In this document: piece after piece, positions 26,478-38,238 of the stretch
Layout: the number at the start of each line of letters is the position of its first letter
Numbering within the stretch: the stretch's first letter is position 1
Assembly: GCA_000934665.2 (NCBI GenBank)
Contig: KZ538596.1
Coordinates: 1-60,582 of the forward strand
Source: Catajapyx aquilonaris
Taxonomy: Eukaryota
DNA length: 60,582 nucleotides
Direction of reading: 5' to 3'
The notes under the pieces: generated by a model
The model's input: the letters and a program-made list of their open reading frames with translations, nothing else
Told to the model about the DNA's origin: nothing
The model's database searches: none
Translations under genes and position numbers: made by a program

Positions 26478-27586
26478 TTAAACACTCCATAATTCCCTCA
26501 CCCCACCCCAGGGATCGCCCCCAGGGATCTGCGTCACCCTCCGTGCATGGCCCTAATTACGACGTCAAAACAGTCTTTGTTCTGCCCAACAGACTGGCTG
26601 GCCTCACAAGGTGGCCGTAAGCCTCACCAGATGAAGCGATGTGCCGGGAACCGGACGGTGGCCAACCAGCTAGTCTGCCAGTCCCCGTCCTCCAGTGACA
26701 AATAGTAGAGTGTCTGCTCCGGTGTCTCAGTCTGCCCAGTCAGGGGCAAGAGGATGCGAACAGGTCCATAAACTTTCCTGGAATGGCGACCACCTTCCTC
26801 CACTCCAGCAGACCACTCTTGCCCCCACTTTGCTTGCTCCTACTTGCTCTCTCCTACTCCTTGCCCTCCTGCTGCCCGCCTGGCCCGCCTCCCCGGAGAT
26901 GTCAACCGCTCAATGGCTCAATCGGTGTTTGGTACAGTCGTATTCAAAATATTTCGACCCTTATTACATGCCATTATAAATCCATATAGTAAATAATATT
27001 AATAATTTTCATTTCTAGGCATGCCCATTTCTACTTATTTAGATATAAAAAATTACAACAAATATTCGATAATTAAGTTTTAAAGTTAATGATATTTTAG
27101 TTAATGTCGGTTGGATATTTTTTTTGTGTTGACTTTCGTAGGCCTACACAGGTAAATAATAGTTTGCCACCGACCTTAAATTCGCCAGCCAGTATGTTAC
27201 ACTAATTACCTTATTACTATACGACACCAGCAGACGACACTGACGTTCGGCCTCGAGTCCCATTAACCCACGTGATTAACCCAAAATAGCCACCCAGGAA
27301 TATAATTATCATTAGTCTACAATTGATTAGTCGACAAGTCGACACCAGTCTGGCAGGTTGCATATTGCTCCAAAGGGAACTATAATATGTAAGCTGATGT
27401 AAGTAACTTTAAAGCACAATATTACAAGTTCGTTGCATTTTCGTATATGTATTTAGCAATGGCAATTCAATTATAATTCATGGGTTTATAATTGAATTTG
27501 AAGTGTCACATACTGGATTTTTTAGAATTTGACTGTACCAAATGTCCAATACAGTAGGCTACTGTATTTCGCATATTCCTAGTTTT

Positions 27587-27591
<5 letters not shown>

Positions 27592-27638
<47 letters not shown>

Positions 27639-27978
27639 TAATAATAATAATAATTCTTGGGTAGTGCCTGACCCTATATAGGGTATGTGGCACGGACCTT
27701 TATTGTAACTTGTAGTACATAGACAATATTTTTGAAATGCCCTGGCCCACGGGCAGGATGACAGGAGGGGATGTGCAAGGTGCAGTGAAATGTCTTAAAC
27801 GTGGCCATTTTTAGTGAACTCCCCCGGGTGGTTTAGTCTGTGGAAATACCACCCGAGACGAAGCCAGAGGTGACCCTGAACTCTGCACGAGATGAAGGGG
27901 GTGTCCCAGGGCTGGGATCGAATCCGGGATCTTAACATCCATGGGCGCATACGTTACCGCAGCACCACTCCGCCTCCC
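27592..27978 (-). mobile_element. tRNA-derived SINE (family 2), full length
   Basis: Minus-strand head GGGAGGCGGAGTGGTGCTGCGG...GATTCGATCCC, (TTA)n tail, 14-bp TSD CCTAGTTTTTATAT. Confidence 0.9.
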
Positions 27979-28201
27979 CCTAGTTTTTATATTTAATCCT
28001 CCTCTGATGAAACATTTCAAGTAGGCTACATTTTCATTTTAGGTGACACTTCGTCAGTACCATTATGTAACTGGGCACATCAGACAAGATATTCTTCTAT
28101 GGGATGAAATGAACCATCACAAATATGCCTCGGGATGAAAACTTTTAGGAAAATTATTGTTTAAGGGAAACAAGGTGCATTGAGAGAATTAAGCCGGATA
28201 T

Positions 28202-28460
28202 CGTCAGCCGGCGATCAAAACCTCGTAACTCCATTTTGCGCGAAAATGGACTTACGTACCTTGTAAGTCCCTTTGCACAACTTTGCAACGGTGTACATGA
28301 ATTCAACATCATCCTCATGAAAGGTAAGGTTTAGGTTATGCTATACTGTAGGAATAATTTATTGTCAGCATGAACAGAAAACATGATTTTACAAAAAAAA
28401 ATTGTCCCTCCTGTAAAATTTGGTCTTGAGGAGTTACGAGGTTTTGATCGCCGGCCGACG
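28202..28460. mobile_element. Sola-like MITE
   Basis: 31-bp TIR CGTC(A/G)GCCGGCGATCAAAACCTCGTAACTCC with ATAT on both flanks. Confidence 0.75.
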
Positions 28461-28835
28461 ATATGTCATCTGTGAACAAAAATGGTCCAGGGAAAGTCGC
28501 ATGATACCTAATATATCCACTCATGGTTTCTTGAAGTAGCCTACTGGTACTGTGTGCCAATACTGCCAAATATTACCACGGATGCTAGTTCTGTCATGTA
28601 TCATGTGAGTACCATACCTGCAGCTCATGCCTAACCTGTGCCACAATCCAGATGTGATGCAGGCAGTACCACTTACAGGATTAATCCAACTACTACAACA
28701 ACTAACACCCATGGCAGCCTCAATGAGTAGTTAAACATTAACACACCCATTGGGATGATCTGAGGTTCAATCCCTGGGGCTGACCATCCTGATATGGGAC
28801 ATAATATGGCCTTCTTGGTATTGGAAGCCACAGCT

Positions 28836-29088
28836 GCTCTGGAGCCTCATGTAAAAACCATGTAACTCAAGATACTGGGTTTTTACTTGTAGGCCACAAT
28901 TGGACGGGTCTTTTCAAGCTCTATCCACTGGTACAAACCACGTCTCTCTAACTTGTTTTCCTGCAAAGTTATTCAAGTTTTTCAAGTATGATTTATGCAA
29001 GAACTAATGGCAGATCACGAACTTTGAGGTGCAATATCTCAAAATGGCCAAATCAGAGATACATGGTTTTTACATGAGGCTCCAGAGC
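28836..29088. mobile_element. MITE
   Basis: 29-bp TIR GCTCTGGAGCCTCATGTAAAAACCATGTA. Confidence 0.7.
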
Positions 29089-30369
29089 TGGTGGAAGCCA
29101 TGTGGGTGGTGGTCATCAGGCCCATGATTGAGCCAGTGGGGTGTGAAAAAAGGCACCAGGCAAGTGTTCAAAATGGGCCTGAGACAAAACTGCACATTTT
29201 AAGTGTATAGGTATCATAGTTACCCAGATAATCAGCATAAAATAACAAGTGCATTATAGCATCTTCTATGTCGCATATACAGTCTACAACACTTCCATCA
29301 CCTAGGCCATTCCATGCTACACCTAACAGGATCGTAAATTAAAATGAAATTACAACACATTAAATTTTAATGGAAAAGGCAAGGTCGCGCGGAGGGACGC
29401 ATAGGTGCCCGGATATTTTATACCTTTTGTTTGAAGCACATTGTCACAGCAACTATGCTGCAGACACCCATGATTGCGTATACTTAAAATGATCGCCAGG
29501 AACCCCTCTTTATCATTTCCCAAAGCGATGGTACCATAAATGTCCGCACCCTGTGTATGCATTACGTTTTCCTGACTCTACACACGTTTTCTTGTAGTTT
29601 CACTTGCCTGAAAAAAAAAAGATCTTAATTTATTGTTTTACTGCTCATCAAACATATGCCCCCTATTTTGTGGCCACCCTGTAGTAATACTTGAAAAATA
29701 AGCTGATAAATACTAATATATTTTCAAATTACACAATGCAATTATTGCAAGTGTAATAATATAATTTGAACCCTGGATGAGCAGAACACATATTTGACCT
29801 AGTTTGCCAGGGCATGTAGCAGAAAGTGATGTAATTGACTTAATCCTTTTATTCACCCCATTTCCTGTAGGTAGGTCCTCTCGGAAGTAGGACTTCCCCT
29901 TCTACCTTAGGTACTAGGTATATTTGTTGGTGTGCAGCTCAGGAGTGTTCCAGCCACTTCACATGGTAGAACCTCATTGCCAATGGAGTCGATGGACCCC
30001 CCCCCCCCCTCCACATGACTGGAGTGGTGCTTTAACATCCAGAAGGAAACAGCCACCCAAAATCTGCACAAAATATGAGCCAAATATGTGCCCAGGGGTC
30101 AAAAAATTGGGGAGCAGGCAGGGGAAAAATTCAGAGGCCAGACCAGAAAGAAACACAGCTACAGTTACAATATCTGAACAGCATCTCAACGTTTATTGAA
30201 CATCAGAACACAGGAATCACATACAGTAGCCTACATACTATAGTCCTTGCAGTGCAATTTGCTTGTTGGTAAATACTGCACTGAAACATGACCATATAAT
30301 GATAAATATTCCAACTACATCACATTTGATCCGCTTGTTGAATGACAATACACCTGAAAATACTTCCAC

Positions 30370-33300
30370 TTAATAAAGGCACAGTATTTTAGGTCCATTC
30401 CATATAATTTTAAGACTTGGCTTCACTGCTTTCAGGCGTCGGCGACCCTCACGCTTTGTACCGAGGCTGCAGATTCTCACATCAAGAACCATAAGATCCT
30501 TGCAGTTTTTAACCAAGGTGATCACCCCATCTAATGTGATATTGGCACACCCGTCCACATTCAACTGGATCAGATGGGGACAGGTGGTGGAAATGGCAGA
30601 CAAGCAAGTGTTTTCCACACTTGGATTGTTGCCCACGTCCAGCTTCGTCAAGGTCTTGAATGTGTCCGAGAGTCGAAGAAATGCATTCATCGCTCCTGGG
30701 GAGATATATGTTGCATCCCGCAAGGTCAGTGCACGCAGATTCTTCAGCTTTGACAGCCCATTGACGAGACAAGAATCTGTCATGCAGTAATTTTTGATGA
30801 GGTGAAGCTCCTCCAGATTTGCAAACTGACCGATAAGTGTGTAGGATCTTGGGACCATGAGCTTCCATGCAGTAAACTTAACAATCTGTGCTCCAACACT
30901 GGCTGTCAATACTTTTACCTCCGCATCAGCTGAAGGAAGGTTTGTGATGGTGCTAAGTTCCTTCAAACCCTGCCAGTTTCGCACAACTGACATGTCCAAA
31001 GGTCGTGATCCACGTGTTTCAATGAGAGAAATGGACTGCAGATTTTCGGATGCTGAAAATATGTCCAGCAGATGTCGGTTTTGACCCTTCATATTGCACT
31101 GCTTGATGTACACCTGGAAGAGTGAGTATTTCATTTAGAAATGCCCCATAATATTGTCATATCCATTCTTATCACAAGGAGAGGCTATTGTTAATTGCAA
31201 CATCCCAGTTTTCTCTCCATTCCATTTATAAAGTCATTCAACTTTGCAAACAGGGGTCCTCATGTACGTAAAAAATTGAATGGTACTGTCATGACAGAAT
31301 GATTAAATTCAACCAATAGATCTAATGTCAGTAGCGGAAATTCACATTCAAATACAAAAATGTTGTGGAATGAAATAGAAATAATAGGGTGGCCTTTTCC
31401 AAATGTTTAAAGCCGCTATCTGTAAAGTATACACTTCGAGTACATTTTCAATGTCAATTTCCTGTATTACTGTACCGAACTTTGCTGCCCTGTACAAAAT
31501 ATGAACCAGATGGTTCGAAACAAGAATGCCATTTTGAGCAATAATTTTCAGTTGTTTTTCTAGTACTTCAGAATGCTGTAAGCAGCCCACGGACACTACC
31601 CCTATCTTCTGGGCTTATCACCTGCCGAGGGATTACGCACCGGGTGCTCACCTGAGACCGCCACGAGACATTTCCCAGAGCATTTATGTGGCGACCCTAC
31701 CAGACTAAGGCTGAACTTTATAGGTACGAAAGGGGAGGGCTCGAGGGCTACATGCTGGCCCAACATGGCCGCCGGCAGCCACGTTGGGCCCCCCAATGTA
31801 GCCCTCCCCTTTCGTACCTATAAAGTTCAGCCTTAGTCCGGTAGGGTCGCCACATAAATGCTCTGGGAAATGTCTCGTGGCGGTCTCAAGTGAGCACCCG
31901 GTGCGTAATCCCTCGGCAGGGGGTGGGTGGGGAGTGACCTAACCTGAGTCTTCTACAGCCATGGCTGTAAGTCAGTAGCGATTGATTTTTATGCTAGTCA
32001 GTAGTGTGGTCAACGGCAACTGAATAAAATTGTAATACCCGAACTTATTTCTGCTGTTTTAGTATGTGAGGCAATTTAGTATAAGGATCATTATAAATTT
32101 ACATGCATATTTTATGTCCTGAAAGTGGCATATTACTTCCTTGTCAGCCTTTAGCTACTTTGCTCCATAAGTTACTATGACCTTCGAAAAAAAATCTGAT
32201 TTACTCATTTAAAATGTATTAAATTAAATGCAGCAGGACATCTTGCCTCCACAAATTGAAAGAAAATGACATTTTGCAAAATTGTATAATTTTTTTCAAA
32301 TATATCTTACTACAAGAACCAGTTCCTTTACAGCTTATTTCGTAACTTTGGAAAATCTCGACTTGCAAGAAAAGTAATATTTCACAACCATACCAAACCA
32401 TCAATACGGACCTCATTTAAATGACGAAATGGCCGATGGGTAGCTAGGAATGTGCAGCAATATTTGACACATTCAGGGTTGGAGATGTTAAAGTCTCAAG
32501 GAAAGCTACAGCCTCTAAAGGGAAGGTAAAACTCCATATGATATACAGGGAGTACCGGGCTAGTTGCCCTGACTGTCATGGCGGACCTGCGCACACACCC
32601 AGGATGCCCCGATTCCATCGATGCGTCGTCTCTAGAGATACATAGTATCTCTATCTCTGTGTCCAGTAAGGCTCATTTGCCCCACCTTGTCTCTCAGTGC
32701 CCCTCCCTTCCACAGACCACTTAGCACCCCCTTAGGTTATGCCAATGCCCCCCAGGGGGCGGTACCCACTTTGAGAACCATTAATTTAAAGGGACACTCC
32801 ACTCAAAAAACAAGTTTGGCTCTAAAAATCGGGCAAAACATTCTGAATCCGAAGGTGCAATCCGATTTTCGCTATGCGGAACGGTAATCCCAGGGCGAGG
32901 GGTCAAAGTGGGGAAATTCAAATATTGCGCTAGAAGCTGGCCGTCCGCCAGCGACGCCCTCAGGACCTTGGGAACTGGAAGGCTGCTCCCACCTCCCCTC
33001 GCACTTAGGCCCATCCCAGAGCGGTGCAGCCTTCCAGTTCCCCTGTTCCCCGCGTGGCGGCGCCGCTCATTAGCAGACGACACACTTTGACACCTTGCCC
33101 TGGGATTACCGTTCTGTGTAGCGAAAAACGAATTGCACCTTCGGATTCAGGATTTTTTGCCCGATTTTTAGAGCCAACCTTGTTTTTTGAGTGGAGTGTC
33201 CCTTTAAAGGAAAAATACTAAATACAAGTCTGTGCTCGCTCTCTCTCTCTCTCTCGCTCTGTCTCTCGCTCTCCCTCCCTCTCCCCCCCCCCCCCCCCCC

Positions 33301-35682
33301 CCCCNNNNNNNNNNNNNNNNNNNNNNNNNNNNNNNNNNNNNNNNNNNNNNNNNNNNNNNNNNNNNNNNNNNNNNNNNNNNNNNNNNNNNNNNNNNNNNNN
33401 NNNNNNNNNNNNNNNNNNNNNNNNNNNNNNNNNNNNNNNNNNNNGGGGGGGGGGGGGGGTGATCAGGGCCAGCCAGAGGGAAATTTTTGTTGGGTTCAAG
33501 GTCACAACCCTTCCTCGCAACCCCAGCGATTAGGAATTCACAACAAAAAGGTTTTTTTCCAAATTTGGGACTTGGGCCCTTTGGCAAGTGACGTCTTCAA
33601 TTATATAAAGTTTAAAACGCAGCCACACTTGTCTGCCACTTCAATGGATCGATACACTGTCAATGGTATTTGAGGGCGACACGGTGGTGTAGTCGTTAGC
33701 GCCGCAGCATCGGAGGTCCCGAGTTCGATCCACGGGTCGGAGGGAGGATACTTATGTTGGTCGAGTTTCGATGGGTTCTCTCCGTGTTCGGTGTTCGCAT
33801 TGGTTTTCTCGGGGTTCTCTCATTTCCTCCCACAATCAAAATCCATCACACTGCAGGCAATGATTAACAACTGTTCACGAAAAGATGATCCCCTAAGAGG
33901 CCCAAGAAGGCCGATCACGGGGTATCCATTATTATACAGGGTGGGGCAAAAGTCATGGGTTGATTAAGGCACAGCATGGCGTAAGTAACGAACAATTATA
34001 TATACAAAAATGACACTACACAGAGAAAGATATGCCATTTACGTATCAAGGTCCACAAAAGTCACTTCTTGAAAACAACACTGTATAGATGTCCACCTTT
34101 GCAGGCAACACATATTCCTCCAAACGCCGGACGAAACCCTTCATAACGCGCTCCAGCATGTCCAGGGGAATGTTTTCCACGGCGTGTCTTATCTGATCCA
34201 TAAGATCAGCCAATGACTGAGGACGTGTAGCGAACACCGAACAAATTGAAAGTCAAGTGTTTCCTGGGAGGGTCATTTCGAGATTTGGGGACATTCCTTG
34301 GCCGTCGCGGTCGCTGGATTTGACCACCCCTGACTTCTTTTTGTGGGGGTACCTGAAGAGTTCGGTGTTCGCCACACGTCCTCAGTCATTGGCTGATCTT
34401 AAGGATCAGATAAGACACGCCGTGAGAAACATTTCCCTGCTGGACATGCTGGAGTGCGTTATGAAGGATTTCATCCGGCGCTTGGAGGAATAATGTGTTG
34501 CCCGCAAAGGTGGACATCTATCCAGTGTTGTTTTCAAGAAGTGACTTGTTTGGACCTTGATCCATAAATGGCATATTTTCCTCTGTGTAGTGTATTTTTT
34601 AAAAAATCTAATTGTTCGTTACTTACACCATGCTGCGTCGTTTTAATCAACCCATGACTTTTGCCCCACCCTGTACTGTCAATGGTTAATAAATCTGATC
34701 CTGTAGGAGCACTACTATCCATATCCTCTCCCTCTCTCTTCAAATCCATCCACTTCCTAGTTCAAAAATTGCCTCCGCGGCTAAGCAAATCCCATTGGGC
34801 ATCTCATCCTTGCAGGTTACTGGGATCTCCATGGGCGGCGCTAGCTACTCGATATTACCGTAGCGGATTTCGACTTTCACCTAATGGCATTTGCTTACGT
34901 GGCATCATATTCAAAAACTGACCACATTTTTGGAATCAGGGAGTCTTCCTTGATCTTTGAAGCCCAGCATGCAATATCACTGAACCCTTCCTTTAAAGCT
35001 TCTCATTTGAGACATTACTTGTCACATCACATGACTGCAGGAATGAACCTCTGGAGCACTGGTCAGATGCTCCTGAAGGTGGAGGGAGAGGGCAGGGGCG
35101 AGGGGGAAGAGAGATATGAACCATTGCCCTGAGAAAAAGCTTCCACTCAAGAGAGAAATGAGCAATATAAGAAAAATAACATCCATACCTTCTTCAGCTT
35201 TTGACATCTGGATGCAAGGCGACTGAGATTTTCCTCTTTAAGATGCATGTCTTCCAGGTGTAATACTTCTATATTTGAGCACACCACATCCAGGACATCA
35301 TCTATGTCATCATTAAAGAATGTCACTGCCTTAAGTTTTTTCAGTTGTCTCATCCGTCCAACCAGTCTGGCGCCAAGATCCCGGCTCATGGGATACACAC
35401 CGCGTAAACTCACCTCATGCCAAAGGCTTGAGTCTAGGGAAAGATCAGCCCAGTATTTGCATACCCGGCCAGCCTTCTGCACCAGGTGAGTTTTTCGTAG
35501 GTATGAAAAAATGTGAAGTAGCAGCTCCTCTGGGAGTATCTTCCCCTAGAAATGCAGATATGCTGATTATTTCCTATTACACTGGCACAATTACAGTCAC
35601 CAACTGTAAGTGTTATCACCTCAGAATCAATCCTCATAAATTTTGGCCTCTTTGCAGCTGGTGATTCAGCTCTCTCCTCCAT
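30370..35682 (-). CDS. F-box/leucine-rich-repeat protein (FBXL-like), paralog B, 387 aa
   Basis: Exons 35682-35620, 35545-35189, 31113-30370, same structure as paralog A. Canonical F-box ILPEELLLHIFSYLRKTHLVQKAGRVCKYW..LW; LRRs; NLS-like PAAKRPK; AATAAA on the minus strand at 30192-30197. Confidence 0.9.
31621..31920. repeat. 300-bp near-perfect GC-rich palindrome in intron 2 of F-box B
   Basis: ~120-bp arms with two mismatches by eye; pairing continues imperfectly to the centre. Confidence 0.92.
32790..33203. mobile_element. Kolobok-like MITE
   Basis: TTAA TSD, termini AGGGACACTCCACTC, ~115-bp TIRs. Confidence 0.8.
33674..33934 (+). mobile_element. tRNA-derived SINE (family 3, V-domain-like)
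   Basis: A-box TGGTGTAGTCG, B-box GAGTTCGATCC, core GGTTTTCTCGGGGTTCTCTCATTTCCTCCCACA, short ATT tail. Confidence 0.85.
33937..34673. mobile_element. Tc1/mariner-derived foldback MITE carrying the transposase C-terminus in both arms
   Basis: TA-CAGGGTGGGGCAAAAGTCATGGGTTGATTAA TIRs; ORF 34257-34493 WPSRSLDLTTPDFFLWGYLKSSVF; mirrored ORF 34046-34237. Confidence 0.9.
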
Positions 35683-36857
35683 TGCTGGGTGTCAGATGAC
35701 AATGAAGAAGTCTGTCAAGAAAGAAAATATGCTAATAAAATCCATCCCTTTAACCCTGGAACCATGACACAGGGTCTTTTACAACCCCAAAGGAAGTAAA
35801 AATGTAAAATGCATGGCTGCAGTGGCCATGTGTGAATGCTCCCATTTAATCCTGCGTATAAGCAACGGTGGCCAGTTGCTGTGGCGAGCGTCTAGCTACC
35901 ACTAAAACTGGCCACGTGTGAACCGGGCCTAATCTATTTTCGCGTATAGTTTGAAAACAGCTGGCTGATACTCCTACTAGTGGATTCTTTACCTATGATA
36001 CACATCTACAACTGTGCCAGTTTCATGGAAATCTGCAAGAGTCCAGTTCGTGGGATCTCCTTGTAAGTAGAATAAGGGTCTTAGGTCATCTTCATGGCAC
36101 CTACCCAAACTAGTATCTGTGCATGGTTATTCCCTCTGACAATGCAGACATAATTTGACTGGGAAACTCAAGGGGAACAACAAGAGGCGGAGAAAGGCGG
36201 GAAGGCTTACACCCTGCTATAACAACAAGGGGGGATGACTACTCATGTGACAATCAATGTGTTGTCAGCCTTGGTGCATTCCATCTTCACATATGTGTAA
36301 TATCCAATATGAAGCATGTCAACTCTTTGTTAGCATTCAAGCATTACAGACGCAGAGTTGGTGCCCTGCCCAGGTCCCCAGTTGAAGACCCCCTACATGT
36401 GAAGTTATGGATTCCCTAGATGGATTCCTTACCCCACAACCAGATTCGGGAGTACAGTGTAATTGGATTCTATTGTTGGTTGCCAGTTGTGCCAACTCAA
36501 TAACCTTCATCAACTGTATATAAACAACCTGCCAGTTGGCACCATCACTGGAAGACCAACAATATAGTACGTTCCAGGCTAATAATTAATTCGAACGTGT
36601 GATATTTGCAACCCGCCTTCTTACGTTCGATTCTACGCATTCGACGGTAGTCAGTTTCCGACACTGCACCACAAGAAGTGCCCCGAAGACAGTGTACTGT
36701 ACTTCCCATCTGTGAAAGCACCGCGCATGGTAGGCCTACGCACGCAGTTCCTAAGCAGCCCGATCAGCAATGGTAGGCTATTACATTTGTGTGAATGAAA
36801 ATTTTGCATGGATTTTGAGCCCTGCAAGCCACCAAAATGCTCGAATTTCAAACTTAC

Positions 36858-37190
36858 ATTATTCTCCACCCGTCTCCACCAGTGCCTACGGCCATTTTTC
36901 AATAACCATCAGGGACCCGTGGCGAAGGGGGGACAGGTAGCATAGGTGGGGAAGGGGTAAAGGTCCGGCAGGGGACGATGACGGCGGCGGGAGAGACGAA
37001 AAAAAGCGACCTTCTCCCAGGGAGGTCAGTAGGCAACTGGACGTGTTCCACCCCCATTGCGCATGCTCGGAACGGGAGCCAATAGGAGGCGTCGTGGTAA
37101 CAGTGCGTCATGGATACGACGCAGCAACAATGGATGGGGGCCAATAAGAAGAGGTGGCGGCAACAATACGGGGGCGGACCAATCAGAGGG
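36858..37190 (-). promoter_or_regulatory. Putative promoter and non-coding first exon of F-box B
   Basis: CpG-rich; CCAAT at 37079, 37141, 37179; GC box 37171-37177; GCGCATGC near 37059; YY1-like AAAATGGC 36891-36898; donor GTAAGT at 36857-36852. Confidence 0.45.
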
Positions 37191-38238
37191 CTTATACGTG
37201 CAACGCAAGCATTTTAATATTATAGATATATTATGCTCTTTGTGTATATTTCAGCCAATTCCCAAAGAGTGTGTTGCGTCATTTGCCAGTTGTAATTTTC
37301 TTGCATTTTGCTGCGTTTTTCAGCATTATCGTTTAAAGAAAATAAATGGCAGATGTCAATAAACTGGATGGATATAATGTTTTGGATAATTTTGGATGTC
37401 TAAATTTTGAGCATGTTGACAAAAGGAACCTAGCAGCATGCAAACCAGTTAAAAATAACTAACTAACTGGTCAGTTACATTCACCTAAGCTTGTGAGAGC
37501 TTGAACAGCAAAAAAAAAATCTCCTGTGGTGGGCCTCTTCGCTCTTCCCTCACATAACACCCCCCCCCCCCGCTACAAATTCCCTGGCTACGCTGCTGAC
37601 TGCCTGCATTGAAAGTGCATATATCAAAAAAAGTGCGCAGAGTTGTCTCCTTCCCCTCTCTGATTATTAAGGGGGGAATAAAGAGAATTTGGGAGTAAAA
37701 TTCTCGCTAACTAACAACAGCAGAACCGAAATTTTTTCTGTGTAAGTGTCATGGACCTCTCTCTTACACATGTTGGTGGTACTTTTCCCATATTATTAAT
37801 ATAGAATTTTTAAAAGTCATTTGCATACGGGAGTGATTCACACCGGCATGAAATTTTAAGTGATGCCGTAACAAGCACCCAAAAATGCAGAAAAAATACA
37901 TGCACAGAACCTTGGTATCCGATTTTTATGTTTAGCTATAGGTTTTCGGCAAATAATAATTTTGACCAAATTTGACTGATTTGTATGCTGGCGTGGGGTG
38001 GGAGAACCCTAATTTTCACGGTTTTTATTGTACCTAGAGGGAATGGTCAACCGCAAACAACGCGACCCTTCTCTTATGTAGGGAGGGTGGCATGGAGTGT
38101 CTCCTCTTTCGGCCAGAGTTGGAACTCGAAGAAGGTACACATTCTCTTTATCTCCTCCGTAAAGCCCAGATTTTTAGGCACAAAAATACCCTGCAATAGA
38201 CACAAATAAAGCCTGAAATAGGCAGGAAAAAACCTTAA

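Noticed and set aside
33305..33444. N runs flanked by C and G homopolymers (also ~39350-39406, ~59705-59728)
   Set aside because: Assembly gaps, not biological features.
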